Source: Smithellaceae bacterium (GTDB lineage: Bacteria; Desulfobacterota; Syntrophia; Syntrophales; Smithellaceae). Taken from it: DNA of 64,000 nucleotides. The stretch is from assembly GCA_963667845.2 (NCBI GenBank), contig CAXXVL010000001.1, positions 960,001-1,024,000 on the forward strand. The letters are read 5' to 3'. The position numbers were made by a program, and so were the translations under genes. The notes below the pieces were generated by a model. That model saw nothing but the letters and a program-made list of their open reading frames with translations. It had not been told where the DNA came from and searched no databases. This document shows positions 1 to 9,686 of the stretch, piece after piece. The first letter of the stretch is position 1. Every line of letters starts with the position of its first letter.

Positions 1-2
1 AG

Positions 3-1259
3 AAACGGGAATCTGAGGAAGCCAGACAAAGGGAGATAAAAGCTGAAGACGACTATTGGCAGGCGGTGGAAAAGAAGAGAACCCGTGATGCCTACAATGA
101 ATATATGAAAAAATACCCATCAGGACGTTACTTCCAAGAGGCAAATGACAACCTTGGTGAGATAAAGAAACGGGAATCTGATGAAGCGAGGCAAAGGGAG
201 ATAAAAGCTGAAGATGACTTTTGGCAGGCTGCAAAAAAAAGTGAAACCAAAGAAGCTTACGAAGAATACATAAAAAAGTATCCTCACGGGCGTTACACTC
301 AATTGGCAAAAGCTGCAATCGAAGAGATCATGAAGCGGAAAACGGAGGATAGGTATAGATATTTTATTAAGGCAGGTAATAGATCTTATAACAAAGGCAA
401 CTATGACCGGGCGATAGAGGATTATGGTAAAGCAATAAATCTGTATCCAAAGAATGCTGCTGCATACAATAGTCGGGGACATATGTGGAGGAGGAAACGC
501 AACTATGATCGGGCGATCGAAGATTATAGTAAAGCAATAGAGCTGGATCCCCAAAACACTACTGCATACGATAGCCGGGCATGTGTGTGGAAAGACAAAG
601 GCAACTATGATCGGGCGATAGAGGATTATACAAAGTTGATAGAGCTGGATCCGAAAAATGTTAACGTATACAGTAACCGGGTATCCGTGTGGAAAAACAA
701 AGGCGACTATGGCCGAGCGATAGAGGATTATACAAAGTTGATAGAGCTGGATCCAAAAAGTATTAATGTATATAATAAACGGGGAAATTGTTGGGTGAAA
801 AATGGCAACTATGATCGGGCGATAGAGGATTATAGTAAAGCAATAGAGCTGAATCCACAAAATACTGTTGCATACTATTATCGAGCATGTGTGTGGAAAG
901 ACAAAGGCAACTATGATCGGGCGATAGAGGATTATACAAAGTTGATAGAGCTGGATCCGAAACATGTATCCGCATACATTAATCGGGGAGATGCTTGGAA
1001 GAAAAATGGCAACTATGATTGGGCGATCGAGGATTATAATAAGGCAATAGAGCTGTATCCAGAAAATGCTTTAGCATATGATAGCCGGGCATCTGTGTGG
1101 GAAAACAAAGGCGACCATGACCGTGCTATCAGGGATTATACAAAAGCGATAGCACTGGATCCGAAACTTGCTGATGTATATAATAATCGGGGTGAGGCAT
1201 GGAAAACTAAAGGTAATTGGTCAATGCTGAAGATGATTACCAAATGGATTGGAAAATGA
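3..1259 (+). CDS. TPR-repeat protein (5' end lies outside the window; possible frameshift in the last repeat)
   Basis: Frame is open from position 3. Two ~55-aa units containing AYxEYxKKYPxGRY are followed by about nine 34-aa TPRs (AYxxRG...GNYDRAIEDYxKAIELDP). Confidence 0.9.
   Translation, partial: KRESEEARQREIKAEDDYWQAVEKKRTRDAYNEYMKKYPSGRYFQEANDNLGEIKKRESDEARQREIKAEDDFWQAAKKSETKEAYEEYIKKYPHGRYTQLAKAAIEEIMKRKTEDRYRYFIKAGNRSYNKGNYDRAIEDYGKAINLYPKNAAAYNSRGHMWRRKRNYDRAIEDYSKAIELDPQNTTAYDSRACVWKDKGNYDRAIEDYTKLIELDPKNVNVYSNRVSVWKNKGDYGRAIEDYTKLIELDPKSINVYNKRGNCWVKNGNYDRAIEDYSKAIELNPQNTVAYYYRACVWKDKGNYDRAIEDYTKLIELDPKHVSAYINRGDAWKKNGNYDWAIEDYNKAIELYPENALAYDSRASVWENKGDHDRAIRDYTKAIALDPKLADVYNNRGEAWKTKGNWSMLKMITKWIGK
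350..1215 (+). repeat. 102-bp DNA-level tandem repeats encoding the TPR array
   Basis: Near-identical blocks such as ggcaactatgatcgggcgatagaggattatacaaagttgatagagctggatcc recur at a 102-bp period. Units at ~579 and ~885 are almost identical. Confidence 0.9.
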
Positions 1260-1394
1260 CGAGGTATATGTAACCTGTTATATGCCTAAAGGGGGTGCTT
1301 CACAAAAATTTCATTGTAAAGAGTTAAGGAATTTAATAATAAAGTATTGGACTTAAGGCAGCGATATAAAAGCCCAAAGGAGAGTTCCCGCCTA

Positions 1395-3548
1395 ATGAAG
1401 CGATGTCCCTATTGTGCAGAAAAAATTCAGGAGATTGCGATCAAGTGCAAGGATTGTGGATCGATGCTGCACATGCCGTAACCTGATAGCGAAGGTGAAC
1501 CCGACGAATTTGATGATCCCAACCGCCATACTGTTACAAATCTAAATAAAGGGATGTTGATCGGCGAACGCTATTTGATCCGTTTCAAGCTGGGCGAAGA
1601 CGGCATAGGGCAGGTCTGCCTGACGGAGGATCAGGAATTAGAGGGGGCTATACGGGCGATTAAGCTATTACCAGATAAGTTAACGGAAGATATTAAAGCC
1701 GTGAAGCGGTTGAAGGAAGAAGCCCAGATAACGATGGAATTGAATCATGGCAACATCGTTCGGCTACATAATTACGAGAAGAAAGAGAAAACCCATTACC
1801 TGGTGATGAAGTATGTGAACGGGATAGACTTGAACACCTACATTGGGGTGAAGCGGAAGATCGGAGAGCAGTCCAGCAGACGGATTGGCATAGAACTAGC
1901 GAAGGCATTAAACGTAGCCCATGGACATAGACCGTCGATCATCCATCGGGACATCAAGCCAGCGAACATATTACTGGAATGGCCGGAGCTGGATATCGAG
2001 ACCATCCGGAGCCTGAAGAAGAAAGGGGCCGACCTTAGCCCTGAAGAACTACCGGATATAGATACAGCCGGGATCAGGCTAGCCGATTTTGGGATCGCCC
2101 GGCACGTCCGTGACAGCATGAGCAAGTACCGGAACTCATCCGATACCTCCGGGACGAAGCTGTACATGTCCCCCGAGCAGATTCGCGGGAAGGGTGTCGA
2201 TATCCGGTCGGACTTATATTCATTGGGGGCAACGCTGTATGAGCTGTTGTCGGGGACCCTCCATTCAGCGGTGAATCAGTAGAATACCAGATATTAAGTG
2301 AGAAACCCGATCCCATCGTCGGGATCAGCGCCGAATTAATTGCTATCCTCCTGAAGCTGTTGGAGAGGGACAAAGAGAACCGATACAAAGACGCGGAAGA
2401 ACTGATTGCTCGCCTGTCGGGAAAGACAAAGGAAGAGAAAGAACCTGAGAGAAATGAGATAAAGCAGGAAGATAACAGGCAGAAAGAAGAAAAGAGCAAA
2501 ATTGATTCAGCCACAACTGAGAAAAAAGAACCGGCCTTGGTCAAGTGTCCGGAATGTGGCAGACGCAATGATCAGAAAGACACATTTGAGTGCCGGATCT
2601 GCAAGCGGGATTACTTATGCAATGACCATTATGTCAAAGACATCCGGGCCTGTGAGGCATGCCGGGATGCAGACGATGAATTATGGACAACCTGTCTTGA
2701 GAATCAGGGATACATCAAGAAAAGCGATATAAAATTTCACGCAAAGGAAGCGAGGGAAGCCCAGGCGAGATATCAGAAAGAAGAGGAAGAAAAGAAGCAG
2801 GGCGAGATTATTAAAACAACAGCAAGAAGCCGCTGAACGGAGGGCAAGAGAAGAGGAATCGCAAAAGCAGTTTACCTCCTCCACACTGAATGCGCAGTTT
2901 GTATTAATCCCGGCCGGGACGTTTACCCTGGGCTCGCCTGAAGATGAAGAAGACCGAGCCAGCGACGAAACCCAGCATAAAGTGACGATCAGCAGACCGT
3001 TTTACATGCAGACGACGCCTGTGATGCAGGGTCAGTGGAAGAAGGTGATGGGGAACAATCCATCTAAATTCAAAGTAATGATCAATTACCCGCGGAAAAA
3101 GTATCGTGGAATGAGGTTTAGGAATTCGTTAAGAAGTTAAATAAAAGGGGAGGTACGGATAAATATAGATTACCGACAGAAGCCCAGTGGGAGTATGCGT
3201 GTCGAGCCGGGACAGAAGGCGCAAGATACGGGAAGATTAACGATGTTGCTTGGTATTATGGAAATTCTAACAACAAAACTCATCCCGTAGGCGAGAAGAA
3301 AGCGAATGCGTGGGGTTTGTATGACATACTGGGAAATGTCTGGGAGTGGGTTGATGACTAGTGGAAAATATCGGACAGGATCCGTTACCGACCCGATGGG
3401 GCCGTCTTCCGGTTTTAACCGCGTCGGTCGCGGCGGCAGTTGGGACTTCAGTGCCGACTACGCGCGCGCGGCGCTTCGCTTCAGGTTCTCACCGGACGAC
3501 CGTTTCAATTTCTTAGGTTTCCGGCTTGCCTTGCCCCCAGGTCAGTGA
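1395..3548 (+). pseudogene. Disrupted multidomain gene: zinc ribbon + Ser/Thr protein kinase + Cys-rich Zn finger + coiled coil + FGE-sulfatase (CLec-fold) domain
   Basis: RBS aaggag and ATG at 1395 give MKRCPYCAEKIQEIAIKCKDCG, in frame with the kinase (AIKLL, HRDIKPANILL, ADFG, GTKLYMSPE) across TAA 1479-1481. Frameshifts near 2255, 2800, 3073 and 3360, plus TAG 3119-3121. FGE motifs [49 protein letters not shown] and GFRLA are read across frames. Confidence 0.88.
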
Positions 3549-3566
3549 GCCAAGCAGGAATGGACG

Positions 3567-3617
3567 CATCTCTGACGTAATCAGGCCGAAGAGGGCGGGC
3601 CTGATTCGGAAGAGATG
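3567..3617. other. Inverted repeat/hairpin just downstream of the FGE gene (DGR-target hairpin candidate or terminator)
   Basis: aatcaggcc (3579-3587) pairs with ggcctgatt (3598-3606). Outer catctct (3567-3573) pairs with agagatg (3611-3617). Confidence 0.6.
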
Positions 3618-3752
3618 AAGCCCATGGAAGACGGTGCTTTTCAGATAATGATATCATTCGCTTTGTCCTTGAAATGCAATGGAAAAGAAGGGTAGATGTC
3701 TATGAAGAACTCCTGGTTCTTGCGCGAAACGATTAATATTGAGGTGATAGAG

Positions 3753-4739
3753 ATGAAATGTCCTAAATGTAATGCTAGTATATCCATTTTGGCTAAGAAG
3801 TGTCCAAAATGTTTAAGTCCAATCGTTGTCGAAGATATAAGCAGAATAAGCGAAGACGTAATATCTAATAGATTTAACAACATTAACAAGCGCATTGACG
3901 GAAGACTTGAAAAATTAAATTCGCGTCTTGAAAACAGGATTAAACTTCTACAGGATAAAGTGGCCCATCGTCTGTCATCCGATTACTTGTCGGAAGAAGA
4001 AATTGACTCATTATTTGATACAGAAATCATTCCTGAGCTTGAAGTCATTCAGGAAGGAGGCGATAAGAGCTCCCTTATTCATGATGTTGAAGAAGAAATT
4101 AAGAAGAATTTGGGTGATTCTGCATATAATCATTATAAGAAAAAAGGAGAAGATGTTCTGAAAATTATACGATCGGGTGAATTTTGTGTAAGATTGTTTA
4201 ATGGTCTTCCTTCAATTGATTTGTCTGTCATCATGTTTCCCTTCTTTAAGGCGGCGGAGAAATCCTGCTGGTTGTATACAAATAAAAGATACGAATCATT
4301 ATGCGGGGATCCTTTGATTAAACAGATAGATTCCTGGGTCAGTATAGACGCAAAGAACCTTCAAATAGAAAATGTCCCTGGCTGGATGAAAGATCGGACA
4401 AAGACAGTTACCGAAGTTATTCAAGGCTTATATATAAAGAAAGAATTCTTTACTGCTGGTTGCCTACGGACAGGGATTGCGCTGTATATATTTGGCCGGC
4501 GTTGGATTATGGAGATCTATCGCAATGACTTGTCCAGAGCTAAAAAATTCACAATTGAAAATATTCTCAAAGTTTCTGGCTCTGATGCTGAAAAGGAGAA
4601 TCTGGCTTCTGACCTCCAGCGGTTGCAGAAGTTAAGAAACGATCGCGTTCACAAAGAGGTCGAATCTGATGAAAAATACATGCTAATAAGCAAGGACCTT
4701 TCCTATCGTTGCCTGAGAAATATCACATTAATATTTTAA
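3753..4739 (+). CDS. Hypothetical protein with N-terminal zinc ribbon and coiled coil
   Basis: RBS gaggtg then MKCPKCNASISILAKKCPKC; long AT-rich ORF. Confidence 0.75.
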   Translation: MKCPKCNASISILAKKCPKCLSPIVVEDISRISEDVISNRFNNINKRIDGRLEKLNSRLENRIKLLQDKVAHRLSSDYLSEEEIDSLFDTEIIPELEVIQEGGDKSSLIHDVEEEIKKNLGDSAYNHYKKKGEDVLKIIRSGEFCVRLFNGLPSIDLSVIMFPFFKAAEKSCWLYTNKRYESLCGDPLIKQIDSWVSIDAKNLQIENVPGWMKDRTKTVTEVIQGLYIKKEFFTAGCLRTGIALYIFGRRWIMEIYRNDLSRAKKFTIENILKVSGSDAEKENLASDLQRLQKLRNDRVHKEVESDEKYMLISKDLSYRCLRNITLIF

Positions 4740-5292
4740 ACATAAAGCAACAGAAATCCCAACATATAGTATATTTGTAAGAGGGGAATTGCCGTTTTTC
4801 TCGTTTAAGTTTACAGTCTCGAAAAATGACTTTTTTCAAGGATGACAAACTATTTTATTCTATAACTTATGGAACTAGTAATTTCCCATGAAGGTCCATC
4901 AACTACCCACCATTGTGGCAGTATCCGCCGGTTTATTCGTTGGCGAAGAATGGGTAGATAGATTTTTATTATCATCAAGATAAGCGCCTTCATTAACAAA
5001 CTGATCGCATGTCTGCACATACTCTATAATTATTAACGACGACTATTCTATATCATTTACAACTGTAAGAATTGTTCATTTACGAGGATTGGAATGATTA
5101 TCGTCTGGGATAATATGCATTGTCAAATAAGGAAAAGTTGCTGGGGAAAGAATACTAACAAATAAGTTTAGACAAAAAAATATTTTAAAAGAATTGTAAT
5201 AACTATTAATTATCAGCGTTATTTATAGATGAAAGAAAAAATATTGGTTTTTTTCTCAATATATTAAACCTGAAAGCTGTCGGTCAGAATGA

Positions 5293-5685
5293 TGCCTAAT
5301 AAGTAAGGGAATTACAAGAAATAGTTCTTTATGGATTGACGATATAATTTTGACTGAAGATTACAAAATCAACAGAAACACTCTTATCGAACGGAGAATG
5401 AAATGGGAAATGCTGCCAGGAAAAGACAAAAGGGGCAAAGTCGATATCTTGTAAAAATTACTATCATGCAGCGTGAGATGTTTCCGGAAAAATGGGGGCC
5501 AGGAGGTTCAGTCCTGGCTAAGCGAAATCAAGCTGGTGCTGGAGGAATGGGAGCGCGGAGGTGATACGGCCAGGGAAGGTATCTTTGATCTTGTTAACAC
5601 GGTCATGCAGACGTTGGCTGTATGCTGGTCTTCTATTTATTGCCAATACGCAAAACCCGCATACGAAACACTGTGCAATGAATAG
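5293..5685 (+). pseudogene. Probable decayed hypothetical gene
   Basis: Protein-like frame DDIILTEDYK...VDIL continues across one TAA (5452-5454) into the 5473..5685 ORF. Confidence 0.3.
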
Positions 5686-5865
5686 TGTGCTGGCGTTGCT
5701 AATATTGTTGAGCAGCGTCTTCACAAGTTATCCAATTTCGATTCTATGAAAACAACGCCAGAAGTTGATCCAAAGAATATATGTTGTTCCGTTTTGTAAT
5801 CTTTCTTCAAAATAATCGTTATTCCTTGTTGGAAGTTATTTTAAATCACTAAGAAAGGAGGATCC

Positions 5866-6102
5866 ATGACCCAAGAGGTATCTGGATGCCAGAAAACAGT
5901 CGATGCATGGGAGCCGAGGGCGGATGCTGCATTGGATTCGAAGAAAGACAAAAAAGAAAATAAGGTTATACAGGGCTTTCAAAAGCAGCAGGCGGCCAAC
6001 TTGCTTGTTAAGGAAAGTCTGGCGCGGGAGCTGGCGGAGCTGGAACTGCCGGCATCAGTTATCCATCAGATTCTGAACATTGAAGATGAATTGCCGTTTT
6101 AA
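5866..6102 (+). CDS. Small acidic hypothetical protein, first gene of the ATPase operon
   Basis: Strong RBS aaggagga, 78-aa ORF ending 16 bp before the ATPase ATG. Confidence 0.7.
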   Translation: MTQEVSGCQKTVDAWEPRADAALDSKKDKKENKVIQGFQKQQAANLLVKESLARELAELELPASVIHQILNIEDELPF

Positions 6103-6118
6103 TAATCAGGGGGAAAAG

Positions 6119-8608
6119 ATGAGTGAAAAATTTTTTCCAGTGGTTATCACGCAAAAGACAGCAGGTGGATTTGAGGCAATCATCGGATTGGAATTAAAGT
6201 CGCTTCTGAAAGGTTCCTTGTTTTTTGACAAAAACCAGACAGATGACGCGGAGGGCAGTGGCATTTCCGCCAATCTACATAAATTAACCGTGCTACGCGA
6301 AGGATTTATCCAGGCGGTTTCAGCATGGCCGGGAACAATCAGGCTTGAACTGCGAATGACGTCGCTGCCGAACCTTCAGTTTAATGCGCGGGGGCGCGTA
6401 CTCATTACACTGATTCTGCGTACCGTGGCACAAACAGAAATTAAGGCAAAGCAGGATGTTCTTGTTAAATACATTGTACTGCGCGGTTTGGTACAATCTC
6501 ACATGCCCGAGGCTGAATTTACACCGATTGAAAAACAAGATGACCTGATGTTTCGCATGTCACCATTTGAGCCGGCTTATGCGTTGACCGTAAAACGGCG
6601 GATGGAAAAAATTCAAGTATCCGTCGGATACAAAAGGAAACTCATTGCTGGATTAGCATTAAATAATGAACCACGCGAAGAGGTCGAGAAAGGATATTCT
6701 TTGAAGTATTTATATCCCTGGGCTCCGTCAATGGATGACTGGTCGCGATTAATTAATGTGATGCTTTGCCAACTTGATCCCATGCAGTTGATCGTTCGGT
6801 TACAAACTACTAAAACGACCCGCTATCAGCAAAAATGGATGGAGACATATATCCACTTGTGTGAACGTCATCTATGGTCTGGTGCGCGCTATCAACTGAG
6901 TCTTCAACATCAGATTAAACCTGTGCTCAACTCACTTATTAAACAGCAAACCGAATTATCAAATAACGTTTTTCATGTGGGAGTGTTTCTTACTTGTGAA
7001 CATCCGATTGATCAGGTGCTGGGCGGTATGGTCGGGCAGGCCGTGACGGTCAGAAATACACTTTCTTCAAATGACATTTTTTTGAATGGTGGTTACACTA
7101 TTGCTCCGGTAGATGTAAAAAAAGCCGCAATCAGTAATTATTATCCGGACAAAGTTCCCTATACCGTGAGTGAAACCGCCTGTGCTTTCCGTCTGCCTTC
7201 GCCGCCGATGCAGGAACTTCCAGGGTTGCCGATACGACGCTCACGGACCTTGCTTTCGCTGTTACCTGATCTGGGACAGGATACTGAAGACGGCGTTGAT
7301 TTGTGCCGGAATATTCACAACGGCATGTCGCAGCCAATACGCCTGCCTGCTGACGACCGCATGAGACACACATTCATTATCGGTCAGACCGGTACAGGGA
7401 AATCGACCATGATGGAATCTATGGTTTCGCAGGATATTCTCGATGGTCATGGGGTGGCAGTCATTGATCCACATGGGGAAATGGTTGATAATATTCTAGG
7501 CAAGATACCTGAATCGAGAATGGATGATGTTATCCTTTTCGATGTGCTCGATCGTCAAAGGCCTTTGGGATTTAATATTTTGCAGTGGAGAACCCTGGAA
7601 GAAAGAGATTTTGTCATTGATGAACTCTACAATACCATTGATAAGATTTATGACATGCGTACAACCGGAGGCCCCATGTTTGAAAGTTACATGAGGGGTA
7701 TGCTTCGATTACTGATGGGTAGCAAGCAGTCAGAAGACTATAAACCGACCCTTCTCGAATTTAGTAATTGTTACATTTATAAAGGATTCAGACGTTGGCT
7801 TGTAGGACGTAATGATGAAAAGATAACAAAAGATTTCATCAAAGAGGTAGAGAAAGCTGGTGGCGAAGCTCATCTCGACAACATGTCGCCTTATGTCACT
7901 TCCAAATTTAGCAGGTTCATAAATGATGCAACTCTTGTGAATATTCTGGGGCAGGAGGAATCAGCATTAAATTTTGAAGAGATTATGGCGCAGGGCAAAA
8001 TACTGCTGGTTAAATTGGGTAAAGGTCGTTTTGGGTCATCAGTAAGTGCTTTATTGGCCAACCAGTTGGTCGCGCACTTCAAGCATGCGGCCATGAAACG
8101 GGGTGAAATGCGTCCTGAAGAGAGACGCGATTTTTACTTGTATGTTGATGAATGTCAAAATCTTCCCGCATCGAATTTTACCGAACTTTTATCGGAAGCA
8201 CGCAAATATAGAATGGGCTTAGTTCTGGCGACACAATATGCATCTCAGCTTAAAAGTGTAAATCAAAAAGATGATTTGTTATCCGCCATTTTGGGAAATG
8301 TGGGATGCCTGACGATATTTCGTCTAGGTCAGGAGGACGCAAGACTTTTGGCACAGTCGCTTTATCCATATTTTAGCACGATGGATATCATTGGATTGCC
8401 AAACTGGCAGGGTTACTGCCGGTTGCAGATCAGAAATCACGCGGTTACACCATTTAGTTTTGAAAGTGTGATGGATAAAACACCTTATGATCATAAGGTC
8501 GCCCGAAAGGTTCGGGATCTTTCTCGCCAGATTTACGGCTGTGATGTTGAGACTATTAAAAAACAAATTGAGAGACGCCAGCACATCTGGGAAACCAATG
8601 AAGAGTAA
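6119..8608 (+). CDS. VirD4/TraD/HerA-FtsK superfamily P-loop ATPase with long N-terminal extension
   Basis: RHTFIIGQTGTGKS (Walker A), VIDPHGE, YLYVDECQN (Walker B), SEARKYRMGLVLATQ. Confidence 0.88.
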   Translation: MSEKFFPVVITQKTAGGFEAIIGLELKSLLKGSLFFDKNQTDDAEGSGISANLHKLTVLREGFIQAVSAWPGTIRLELRMTSLPNLQFNARGRVLITLILRTVAQTEIKAKQDVLVKYIVLRGLVQSHMPEAEFTPIEKQDDLMFRMSPFEPAYALTVKRRMEKIQVSVGYKRKLIAGLALNNEPREEVEKGYSLKYLYPWAPSMDDWSRLINVMLCQLDPMQLIVRLQTTKTTRYQQKWMETYIHLCERHLWSGARYQLSLQHQIKPVLNSLIKQQTELSNNVFHVGVFLTCEHPIDQVLGGMVGQAVTVRNTLSSNDIFLNGGYTIAPVDVKKAAISNYYPDKVPYTVSETACAFRLPSPPMQELPGLPIRRSRTLLSLLPDLGQDTEDGVDLCRNIHNGMSQPIRLPADDRMRHTFIIGQTGTGKSTMMESMVSQDILDGHGVAVIDPHGEMVDNILGKIPESRMDDVILFDVLDRQRPLGFNILQWRTLEERDFVIDELYNTIDKIYDMRTTGGPMFESYMRGMLRLLMGSKQSEDYKPTLLEFSNCYIYKGFRRWLVGRNDEKITKDFIKEVEKAGGEAHLDNMSPYVTSKFSRFINDATLVNILGQEESALNFEEIMAQGKILLVKLGKGRFGSSVSALLANQLVAHFKHAAMKRGEMRPEERRDFYLYVDECQNLPASNFTELLSEARKYRMGLVLATQYASQLKSVNQKDDLLSAILGNVGCLTIFRLGQEDARLLAQSLYPYFSTMDIIGLPNWQGYCRLQIRNHAVTPFSFESVMDKTPYDHKVARKVRDLSRQIYGCDVETIKKQIERRQHIWETNEE

Positions 8609-8620
8609 AAGGGGATTCAA

Positions 8621-8797
8621 ATGTCAGCATCATTCATAGGACGTGTAAGATCGGGAAGTGGAAAGAGCTGTGAAGTAAAATGGGATCAAACCAATAGAGA
8701 TGTTTACGTTGCCTATGCCGGATGGTCTTATGTTGGCAAAGCGTCTTCCGCTAATGAAGCAATGAATAAAGCAGAAGCCTATCTTTACAACAAATAA
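8621..8797 (+). CDS. 58-aa hypothetical protein (not in the ORF track)
   Basis: RBS aagggg 12 bp after the ATPase stop; MSASFIGRVRSGSGKSCEVKWDQTNRDVYVAYAGWSYVGKASSANEAMNKAEAYLYNK. Confidence 0.7.
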   Translation: MSASFIGRVRSGSGKSCEVKWDQTNRDVYVAYAGWSYVGKASSANEAMNKAEAYLYNK

Positions 8798-8848
8798 TTG
8801 CCTTGGCGGGCATAACTATTTTTACCAATTGAATAAGGAGGTAACGTT

Positions 8849-8992
8849 ATGACGGAACGAATATGCGACTGTTGTGGAAAAAAGCGACAAGTAAGTGGAG
8901 CTGAGACTTGTGAAAAAGGGCATTTCATTTGTTCAGTATGTCACGGTGGCGGGCGTGGTACGTGTCCTCTGTGCAAGAAGAAACTTAAATAA
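8849..8992 (+). CDS. 47-aa RING-finger-like (C3HC4) zinc-binding protein (not in the ORF track)
   Basis: RBS taaggaggt; MTERICDCCGKKRQVSGAETCEKGHFICSVCHGGGRGTCPLCKKKLK, giving C-x2-C-x11-C-x3-H-x2-C-x2-C-x7-C-x2-C. Confidence 0.75.
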   Translation: MTERICDCCGKKRQVSGAETCEKGHFICSVCHGGGRGTCPLCKKKLK

Positions 8993-9075
8993 CTTGAAAA
9001 TACTTTCTATGATCACTATTTGAATCGTCCAGTAAGGTCTAATAATGATGATCTCTGATTAGGATGTGGTAATCT

Positions 9076-9600
9076 ATGTCAATGAATATTTCACAAGGTA
9101 ATGTCCTCGATGCTAAAGCCGATGCGATCATCCTGACTGTCGATGGTGCCGCCGAGGGGATGGAAGGAAATCTGAGCAGGAAATTTGCCTTGCGTTGGCC
9201 GGATGTCTGGCGCGAGATAAAGGATGAAATCAGGTATCCAATTCCACTGGGCAAAGTCATTGAATTTGAACCTGTCACCGATTGTGCCTTTCAATTCATT
9301 ATGCTTGCTTCAACGCTTCACCATCGTGATGTGTTCAGTGATGTGGCTAAGCAAGGGATCATTCGCGATGCAACAGAAAAATCCATGAGAATTGCTGACA
9401 AATATAGCATAAGCACGATTGCTGCGCCTGTGATGGTTGGCGGCTGGCGCTTGACCTTGCAGAATGCTTTTCTTTCCATGGTTGATGGATACGAATCTGC
9501 CCGGAGAAGTAATATCGATGTGAATCTTGATATTTACATTCTTCAAACCAATGATTATGAAAACATTAAATCTCTTGCTGGAAATATAGGATGGCGATGA
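9076..9600 (+). CDS. Macro domain (ADP-ribose binding/processing) protein
   Basis: ISQGNVLDAKADAIILTVD, GNLSRKFALRWP and STIAAPVMVGG match the macrodomain layout. Confidence 0.75.
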   Translation: MSMNISQGNVLDAKADAIILTVDGAAEGMEGNLSRKFALRWPDVWREIKDEIRYPIPLGKVIEFEPVTDCAFQFIMLASTLHHRDVFSDVAKQGIIRDATEKSMRIADKYSISTIAAPVMVGGWRLTLQNAFLSMVDGYESARRSNIDVNLDIYILQTNDYENIKSLAGNIGWR

Positions 9601-9686
9601 ATTTGCTGATGGTCTTCTAAAATAGTGTCTCCGCTAACCAAGCCAAGGGAGACAGAGTTACTAAACAATACTTCCCATATCTGACC

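Noticed and set aside
120..965. 281-aa minus-strand ORF
   Set aside because: Antisense shadow of the TPR repeat gene.
6119..8608. Conjugative T4SS/ICE call based on the VirD4-like ATPase
   Set aside because: No relaxase, VirB4 or mating-pair genes are visible in the window.
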